From: Eledone cirrhosa
Lineage: Eukaryota
Reading direction: 5' to 3'
DNA: 64,000 nt
NCBI GenBank assembly: GCA_964016885.1
Contig: OZ024752.1
Span: 48,298,001 to 48,362,000 of the forward strand
Below the pieces are notes generated by a model. The model saw only the letters and a program-made list of their open reading frames with translations, had not been told where the DNA came from and did no database searches. Of this stretch, positions 55,882 through 64,000 are shown in pieces. A program made the position numbers and the translations under genes. Positions within the stretch are counted from its first letter, which is position 1. The number at the start of each line of letters is the position of its first letter.

Positions 55882-55887
<6 letters not shown>
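54934..55887 (+). mobile_element. Retrozyme/Penelope pseudo-LTR-like element: inverted arm + 466-bp monomer + 296-bp direct repeat
   Basis: 54934-55127 is the reverse complement of 55168-55359; 55126-55421 repeats at 55592-55887 (offset 466); HHR at 55540-55584; (TA)n on both sides. Confidence 0.8.
55540..55584 (+). ncRNA. Type I hammerhead ribozyme with palindromic stem III
   Basis: AACGGTG-CTGATGA-TAGCT-aaca-AGCTT-GAAA-CTAG-TA-CATCGTT; 7-bp stem I (one GU), ACTAGT palindrome, predicted cleavage after 55577 (GUA). Confidence 0.82.
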
Positions 55888-55930
<43 letters not shown>

Positions 55931-56061
55931 TATTGGAAAATAAGTGAAATCCTTGGAAATTTGAAAACAGGAAAAGAATGACTTCACTTGTAGTTCTAAA
56001 CAATTTAATTTTATAATATTATAAAATTAAAATATTATAAAATTAAATTGTTTAGTTACAG

Positions 56062-56380
56062 TCCCCACTGTAAAGTGATAGTGTAGGTGTCACGACAGAA
56101 AGTACCCTGCACACACTGTAAATGTGGTTGGCGTTAGGAAGGGCATCCAGCCGTAGAAAACCAGCCCACACTCTAAAGTGGACGTGTAGAAGACATGGCA
56201 AAAAAGCAACCTGCAAACACTGTCGATGTGGTCGGTGTTAGGAAGCCGTAGAAAACCACCCAGAAACTCTCCTATATGAGCAAGACACGGTCACCCAAGC
56301 CAACTTGCCTCTAAGGGGGACAAAACCGTCTAACCCATGCAGGTGTGGAAGATAGACGTTAATCGATGACGATGATGATG
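56062..56380 (+). mobile_element. SINE 3' part with internally duplicated body and (GAT)n tail
   Basis: aggaagggcatccagccgtagaaaacc module twice; tail ccgtctaacccatgc..gacgttaa. Confidence 0.7.
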
Positions 56381-56744
56381 ATAATTATGATGATATATAG
56401 TTCTCTCATACACTCCATTTGTTTCATATATTTATTATTTGAACATGGCTGTGAGCATTTGCCTTTCTAGTATATGGTTTACCTTTGAATATGATAATAT
56501 TACTAAGGATTTACATTAATGAAAATTAATTGGCATACTCCTTCAGCTAATTAACTAACTCTTGTAACAAATTATGTTCATACATAACATTCACCTAATG
56601 CTTGGAATATTTATAGCTGTATTTATTGAAGTTGGCAGTGGTTTTACTGTTTGGTCCACAACTAAAAGAAAGTGTCATCTTGTGAAACTAGAAATGTGTT
56701 TTAACAATCACCTAAATTTTCAAATAAAATCAACTTTTGAACAA
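56377..56744 (+). repeat. 368-bp local duplication, copy 1
   Basis: Near-identical to 58393-58760 (offset 2016). Confidence 0.92.
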
Positions 56745-57119
56745 TGATAGACACAGTTAAAACACTACTATTTTTTTTTATTTCTCAGTTGTATATATAT
56801 ATATATATATATATAATAGTTAGTATTTTTTTCACAATAGCGAACTTGGTCCCTTACGATTTGAACACAAGTATGTTTATATCTGTGATTATCTCTCTTT
56901 TATATTCAATTATATTACACGTCTCAGAAAAGCCTCTTTCATTGAGCTATTTAATTGTAAGAGACTATTTTGAGTTTCTAACTCAATATATACATTTGAT
57001 CACCCCCCCCCCCCCCCACTCTCAAGTGTGAAACTAAAAACCATATCATTTGTATTGCCTCTCTGTTTTTTGTTCTCTGTTCATTTATTCAACTATATAT
57101 ATATATATATATATATATT

Positions 57120-57367
57120 GTGTAGATGTCACGACAAAAAAACACACAGTCCACGCTGTAATGTGGTCGTGTAGGTAACACGGTAAAAGGCTCCCAGTCC
57201 ACACTGTAAATGTGGTTGGTGTTAGGAAGGGCATCCAGCCGTAGAAAACCAGCCAGACAGTCCTATACGAGCGAGACACGGTCACCCGACCAATCTTGCC
57301 TCAAGTGGGACAACTCCCGTCTAACCCATGCTAGCATGGAATATAGAGGTTAAACGATGATGATGAT
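57120..57367 (+). mobile_element. SINE 3' part with alternative tail
   Basis: Similar to 26075-26270. Confidence 0.75.
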
Positions 57368-57372
57368 ATATA

Positions 57373-57451
57373 CAGGATGTCCCCACAAAAATGTATACAC
57401 ACCTTGATTAGAATGCTGTTGAAGTGTGTATAAATTTTTTGGGACACTATG
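57373..57451. mobile_element. Tc1/mariner-like MITE
   Basis: TA-caggatgtccccacaaaaatgtatacacac ... gtgtgtataaattttttgggacactatg imperfect TIRs. Confidence 0.55.
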
Positions 57452-57545
57452 TGTTGAGTTTTTTTCTAGTCTATGCTTGGTGGTCACCGATGTGTCCAGC
57501 TCGTTTGTCTACCAGCATATCATAAAAAATTATACATCTTGTATG

Positions 57546-57623
57546 TATTTTGTCTGAAGAGGACATGTTTTGCTTTATGTTATACATAAAACTTTACTTC
57601 TTCAAAATATATATAATGAAATA
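57546..57623 (+). ncRNA. Degenerate hammerhead motif, same architecture as 14656/15087
   Basis: TATTTTGT-CTGAAGA-long stem II-cAAAA-TATATA-TA-ATGAAATA (G12 mutated); paralogue at 52591-52680 retains CGAAA. Confidence 0.5.
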
Positions 57624-57892
57624 GAGATGATATAAAGTATATATCTTTCATTTATTACTATTGTTATTATAATAATACTCTGGATAAATTTATACCGTTG
57701 AGTGCTTACTATCTGTTATATATAAGAATCAGATGATTACAAATCAACTAACTCTTTTGTCATTGATTTATATATATATATATATATATATACATATATA
57801 TCATCATCATCATCATCGTTTAATGTCTAGTTTCCGCTATAATATAGTGGATATGTAAATGCATTCGTGAGTTTCATATCAAATAATAATAC

Positions 57893-58076
57893 CTGTTTCT
57901 ACTTTTGGCACAAGGCCAGCAATTATCCCAGTGTATTACTGGTACTTTATTTTATCGACCTCGTAAGGATGAAAGGCAAAGTTAACCTCGGCGGGATTTG
58001 AACTCAGACGATAAAGAGGTGTAACTCTATGCTACACAGCATGGCGTCCAACCCTCCACCAATACTTCCAATCCAT
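57893..58076 (-). mobile_element. SINE family B
   Basis: Reverse complement of consensus. Confidence 0.9.
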
Positions 58077-58077
58077 C

Positions 58078-58109
<32 letters not shown>

Positions 58110-58180
58110 TTACTTGCAAATGAATCAAATATTATTATTACCGGATATAAAACTCACGAATACATTTATATACATATATA

Positions 58181-58369
58181 TAATTGTTTCTACTTTAGGC
58201 ACAAGGCCAGCAATTACCCAGTGCATTACTGGTACTTTATTTTATCGACCCCGTAAGGATGAAAGGCAAAGTCAACCTCGGCGGGATTTGAACTCAGATT
58301 ATAAAGGGACGTAACTATGCTGGAAAGCATGGTGTCCGACCCTCTACTGATACTGCCAATCCACCGCCC
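58181..58369 (-). mobile_element. SINE family B
   Basis: Reverse complement of consensus. Confidence 0.9.
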
Positions 58370-58392
58370 TTCATTATATACATATATATAAC

Positions 58393-58760
58393 GATGATAA
58401 TTATGATGATATATAGTTCTCTTATACACTCCATTTGTTTCATATATTTATTATTTGAACATGGCTGTGAGCATTTGCCTTTCTAGTATATGGTTTACCT
58501 TTGAATATGATAATATTACTAAGGATTTACATTAATGAAAATTAATTGGCATACTCCTTCAGCTAATTAACTAACTCTTGTAACAAATTATGTTCATACA
58601 TAACATTCACCTAATGCTTGGAATATTTATAGCTGTATTTATTGAAGTTGGCAGTGGTTTTACTGTTTGGTCCACAACTAAAAGAAAGTGTCATCTTGTG
58701 AAACTAGAAATGTGTTTTAACAATCACCTAAATGTTTTAATAAAATCAACTTTTGAACAA
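58393..58760 (+). repeat. 368-bp local duplication, copy 2
   Basis: Near-identical to 56377-56744. Confidence 0.92.
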
Positions 58761-58929
58761 CAGTTTTCATAAGTCATTTAATTTCTTTCATTTTTAGTTT
58801 TAATTTAAAAACAAAACAGAATTAACACTGCTTGTAAAATATCACATATTGTGAATATTCCTATTTCCTTTTGATTAGTGCGTGTCAAATTTTTCATACT
58901 TGTTGTACTACTACTATTACTACAAGAAT

Positions 58930-58977
<48 letters not shown>

Positions 58978-59997
58978 ATCACGTTCTTCTTCTTCTTCTT
59001 CTGTCCATTTACCATGCTAGCAGGGGTAGGCCGGGCTGTCCCTATGGGAGAGATCTAGTCGAAGGACCATGTTTTGCTCACACAGGTCTTGGAAAATGAT
59101 TTCAATTGTATATAGTTGGATGCTTGGACACCCTTCCTTCTCCATTGAATCAAGAGCGTCTAAGTGCCTTGAAGATTAGGTTGCAATTTTAATCCCTCTT
59201 TACAATCTGGAGACATAGTCAATATTGGACCTTCACACCTTAGGTAGCACTTTTGTTTTGTGTACGAACATAAATAGATAATATAATAATATTATATATA
59301 TATGTATATATTAATAGAATATATCAAAATTTCTCTATATATTTTATGCAGCAATATATATAAAACCATAGTGCAAATATAAATCGTTAGCACAGATTAA
59401 ACATTTAAGCAAACAATTTCAGCTTTCACCCTTTTACGCGAAAGCAGAAATTGTTTGCTTAAATTTTTAATCTGAGCTAATAAGGCATGTGGGTGTGATT
59501 TGTCTGCATACACAAGCATTCATGCATGCACATGTAAAAAATACACACACGCCCATTTGTGTGTGTGTGAAACTAGCAGTTAAAAAGCCAGGAATTCATT
59601 TTCTCACTCCAGTGAAACATTAAGTGATGCAATTCCTAGTCAAACTGTTTATATAAATAAATATATATATATATATATATATATATTTTACAAAACGTCT
59701 TACATTAAGCAAGTAACATTGCATGGGAAACAATAAAGAAGTTTATAGGAGAGCTAGAAATAGTTCACCAACTCCTTCAAGTGGAGCAGCTCAACCATAT
59801 TTAGAAATGTAGAAAATTTTGGACACTGGACAGTAGCTATGAACACAGCTTAGGAAATTGGGTAAAATACACCTATAGATAATATAAGTAGCCAGCAGAC
59901 ATTACAGAGAATCAAACTATTTACCCTTCAAATTCTGACTGAGCTAAACAACCTCTGACTTTAGTTACAATCTTAAATGAAGTTATATATATATATA

Positions 59998-60150
59998 TCA
60001 TCATCATCATCAACATCATTTTACATCCGCTTTTCCCTGCTTGCAAGGGTGGGATGGGTCCTATTCAGTACAGCATCTCTCCACTTGTCACGGTCCTTCG
60101 TCATCTCCTCTGTGAGATCTGAGGTCTGCTCTCACCACCTCCGCCCATGT
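59998..60150 (-). mobile_element. Short RTE LINE 3' end
   Basis: Reverse complement of 41770-41930 with an internal deletion. Confidence 0.85.
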
Positions 60151-60652
60151 TTGTCTATGTATGTATGTATGTATCATCACCATCATTGTTTTTTTTATGC
60201 CTGCTTTTCCATGCTTGAATATTTATAATATATATATATTTATATATATCTATACATATCTATACGCATGCACATACATTTTAAAGAATAGGTCCTAATA
60301 GATTTTTCAAAATGAAAATATTTATCATCATTATCATCATCATCATCATCATCACCGTTTAACGTCCATTTTATAGTATAAATGATCCCTTCGAATATTA
60401 AAATAAAATAAAATAAAATAAAATAAAATAAAATAAAATAAAATAAAATAAAATAAAATAAAATAAAATAAAATAAAATAACATTTTAAAAAATATTTAT
60501 ATAGGGAGGAAAAAATACCAATTCTTTCCATTTCAAAACATTCTATTAGTATTCTGCGAGAATTTATTCCTATAAATAGAAGAATTTATTCAAAAGCTTC
60601 AACTAAATAAACAGCATTGATAGATACAACCAACATTATTTTAAATTATTTT

Positions 60653-60836
60653 GGTGGATTGGCAGTATCGGTAGAGGGTCGGACGCCATGCTTTGACGCA
60701 TAGAGTTACGGCCCTTGCCATTCTGAGTTCAAATCCCGCCGAGGTTAACTTTGCCTTTCATCCTTACGGGGTTGATAAAATAAAGTACCAGTAATGTACT
60801 GGGTAATTTCTGGCCTTGTGACAATAGTAGAAACAA
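60653..60836 (+). mobile_element. SINE family B with ~18-bp TSD
   Basis: attattttaaattatttt on both sides. Confidence 0.9.
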
Positions 60837-61068
60837 TTATTTTAAATTATTTTACTTAATCTAAGACTCATAAATTTTTGAATAAAAACATTGTACAAGT
60901 CATCATCATCATCATCATCATCGTTTAACGTCCATCTTCCACGCTTGCATGGGTCTGTTACAATACTTGCTTTCAACACTTAATGTCATACTATATATAT
61001 ATGAGCACACTATATATGTATGTATGTATGTGTATATATGTGTATATATATATATGTATATATATATA

Positions 61069-61391
61069 TGGTGGCTGCCAACTCGTTTTTCGAGTACGGC
61101 CACTACTTTATATCCATGTAGGAGAACCCCTACCGATGCGCTGAACGAATGTGACTTTTTAGTCCAGCCAGCGACTTGAAAACTCTGGTACAAAGACTAC
61201 ACTTGTGACCATGATTGACACATAGTGCAGGGCCCATGGTACCATGTGATGACAAGTGCAGAGAGATCTCCAGATATAAAGCAATGCCTGTGCCATGAAG
61301 CTTTTATAGTGAGCAAAGGCACTGCACAAAGCCAGTCCCACTCTCTTAACCAAGATGATATTTACCAAAAAGAAGAACAAGTCAACATCAT
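61069..61391 (-). mobile_element. Second copy of the 1568-2031 repeat
   Basis: High identity; same boundary at (TA)n-tggtggctgcc. Confidence 0.85.
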
Positions 61392-61482
61392 ATATATATA
61401 TGTATGTATATATATATATATGTGTATATATATATATATATGTATATATATTATATATTATATATGTATGTATATATATATG

Positions 61483-61513
<31 letters not shown>

Positions 61514-61574
61514 ATATAAATGTATATGTACATATAAATATATATGTATATATATATATGTATATATATATATG

Positions 61575-61620
<46 letters not shown>

Positions 61621-61625
<5 letters not shown>

Positions 61626-61750
61626 CTTATTCCGGGTTGAATCGGAGGTAACCACAGTTAGTAAGGTACTCAATAGATAGCAGGGTATAAAAGTTTTAAT
61701 ATAAAAGAGCTTCTACAGGATTCCTGTAGAAGCTCTTCTATATTAAAACA
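61621..61750 (-). mobile_element. Family F1 fold-back island
   Basis: ttttaatataaaagagcttctacagga-t-tcctgtagaagctcttctatattaaaa hairpin; long arm matches 14170-14262. Confidence 0.75.
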
Positions 61751-61898
61751 TATATATATATATCCTCATTATCGTTATATATATATATATAACGATGAAT
61801 TAGTTTTGCGAGGTTTTTGATATGAAATCGTGTGACGAAACAAATATTGTTATACTTGGGGAGGGTCATATTTGTGTAATAATATTGCCAGAATTAAT

Positions 61899-61990
61899 AA
61901 TTGTTTCTACTTTAGGCACAAGGCCAGCAATTACCCAGTGCATTACTGGTACTTTATTTTATCGACCCCGTAAGGATGAAAGGCAAAGTC
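61899..61990 (-). mobile_element. 5'-truncated SINE family B with TSD
   Basis: cagaattaataa on both sides. Confidence 0.85.
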
Positions 61991-62091
61991 AGAATTAATA
62001 ATATTGCCAGAAGACACTCACTGTTTGGTTGGTTTTCGCTTCTGTGTCTTTTATATCGGTTAATTTAATTTATTCGGTCCTCAATGTTACC

Positions 62092-62176
<85 letters not shown>

Positions 62177-62596
62177 TCACACATATATATATATCCTCAT
62201 CATCTTTATTTATATATATAGCAATAAAAATAAAATTAAGGATTTCTGCACCAAACACGTTATATATGGAAAATAATAAAAGAAATTTGAAGATACACCT
62301 AATGTTTTTATATAGATATGTAAATTTACAGGACACAACACAAAGAAATTAGTTCATAGAAAAATTAGTTCCCTTTTAAAAATATATGTGGGTATTCATA
62401 AGCATGATTATCTAATTAGTTTATATATATATAGGATTCTGAAGATAGAAGGCTTTAAACCCTTAATACACACATCGATTTAGGAAGGCTGCAGTTATAA
62501 ACTAATAAGGAAATACAAAATAAATCCTGAATAAAACTGATGAAACTGGAACACAGTCGTTTTTTTTTTAATATATATATATATATATAATGTATG

Positions 62597-62672
<76 letters not shown>

Positions 62673-62963
62673 TACACATGATAATATAGCTATTAACATC
62701 ACAATAGTTCAGTAAATAGTTAGATATACTGCAATTTGATTCAACCAATATTTTCATATAAATCTACATAAAGACACATTTAAGTCAACATTTATCAAGC
62801 CAGCCATTTTATATATATGGGCAGATTGGAAAAAGATCCCTCCCTCCCTCAACACTTCCTGACCTGGCCCCCTTCCGAAATAACAAAAAGAAACCCACTT
62901 TACTTTTCTTTTCTTTTCATAATCTTAACTTGATTTTCTTTACATTTTGTCTTTTCTATTATG

Positions 62964-63063
<100 letters not shown>

Positions 63064-63064
63064 G

Positions 63065-63147
<83 letters not shown>

Positions 63148-63160
63148 GTATGTATATATA

Positions 63161-63235
63161 TGGAGAGATGCTGTGCTGAATAGGACCGATCCAATCCTTG
63201 CATGCAGGGAAAAGCGGACGTAAGATGATGATGAT
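63161..63235 (+). mobile_element. Very short RTE LINE 3' end
   Basis: tggagagatgctgtgctgaatagg...gcagggaaaagcggacgtaagatgatg matches 41845-41925. Confidence 0.8.
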
Positions 63236-63256
63236 GTGTGTGTGTATTTATATGTA

Positions 63257-63340
<84 letters not shown>

Positions 63341-63465
63341 TATATATATGTATATATTTATTTAATAATTTAAATTTCTTTTTCGATTATCACCATCACC
63401 ACCACCACCACCACCATTGTTACCGTCATCAACTTCATTACCACCAAGACCACTACCCTCCCGCC

Positions 63466-63523
<58 letters not shown>

Positions 63524-63620
63524 CCACCAACTAAATAATATACATGAGAAACAGAATATTCAATCTCACATAATAGTGAGAAATGCATGCATATTAAAAT
63601 GCATGAGCTTCTGCATCTAT

Positions 63621-63662
<42 letters not shown>

Positions 63663-63737
63663 TTATGGTGCTATAATTATTTATCTTCAGGAGTTTGTCT
63701 TTTACTTTTGGGTTATTCTAGTTTTAACCCTTTCAGA

Positions 63738-63789
<52 letters not shown>

Positions 63790-63790
63790 A

Positions 63791-63889
<99 letters not shown>

Positions 63890-63918
63890 CACACATATAC
63901 ACACACGTATATATATAT

Positions 63919-63949
<31 letters not shown>

Positions 63950-64000
63950 AACATGTGTAAAGAAAATTAATACACATAAAAAATAAAAGTAAAAATGCAT

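Noticed and set aside
55996-56054. AT-only palindrome ctaaacaatttaattttataatat...
   Set aside because: Real hairpin but low complexity with no ribozyme motif; possibly another fold-back island, unassignable
62533-62563. AAAACTGATGAAACTG-gaaca-CAGTCGTTTT hammerhead-like motif
   Set aside because: The two core halves overlap (no stem II, missing nucleotides), so it cannot be called

Overview
Very AT-rich, microsatellite-saturated eukaryotic DNA ((TA)n, (CA)n, (GA)n, (GGT)n, (AAT)n), most likely intronic or intergenic. The tRNA-SINE, RTE-LINE and TTAA-MITE repertoire suggests an octopus/cephalopod genome (inference, no database check). No intact protein-coding gene is recognisable, and nearly all ORFs in the track are translations of simple repeats. 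The complex sequence consists of two abundant tRNA-derived SINE families (one shares its 3' tail with an RTE LINE in the same window), decayed RTE LINE fragments, MITEs, and minisatellites built from SINE parts. Most notably, there is a dense set of short islands inserted in (TA)n tracts that carry type I hammerhead-ribozyme (HHR) motifs and often fold back into long inverted repeats, as in Penelope-like pseudo-LTRs or retrozymes. About 7 well-formed HHR folds and several degenerate ones, from several unrelated sequence families, were found by eye. The clearest unit is at 54934-55887: an inverted arm, a 466-bp monomer with an HHR, and a 296-bp direct repeat.
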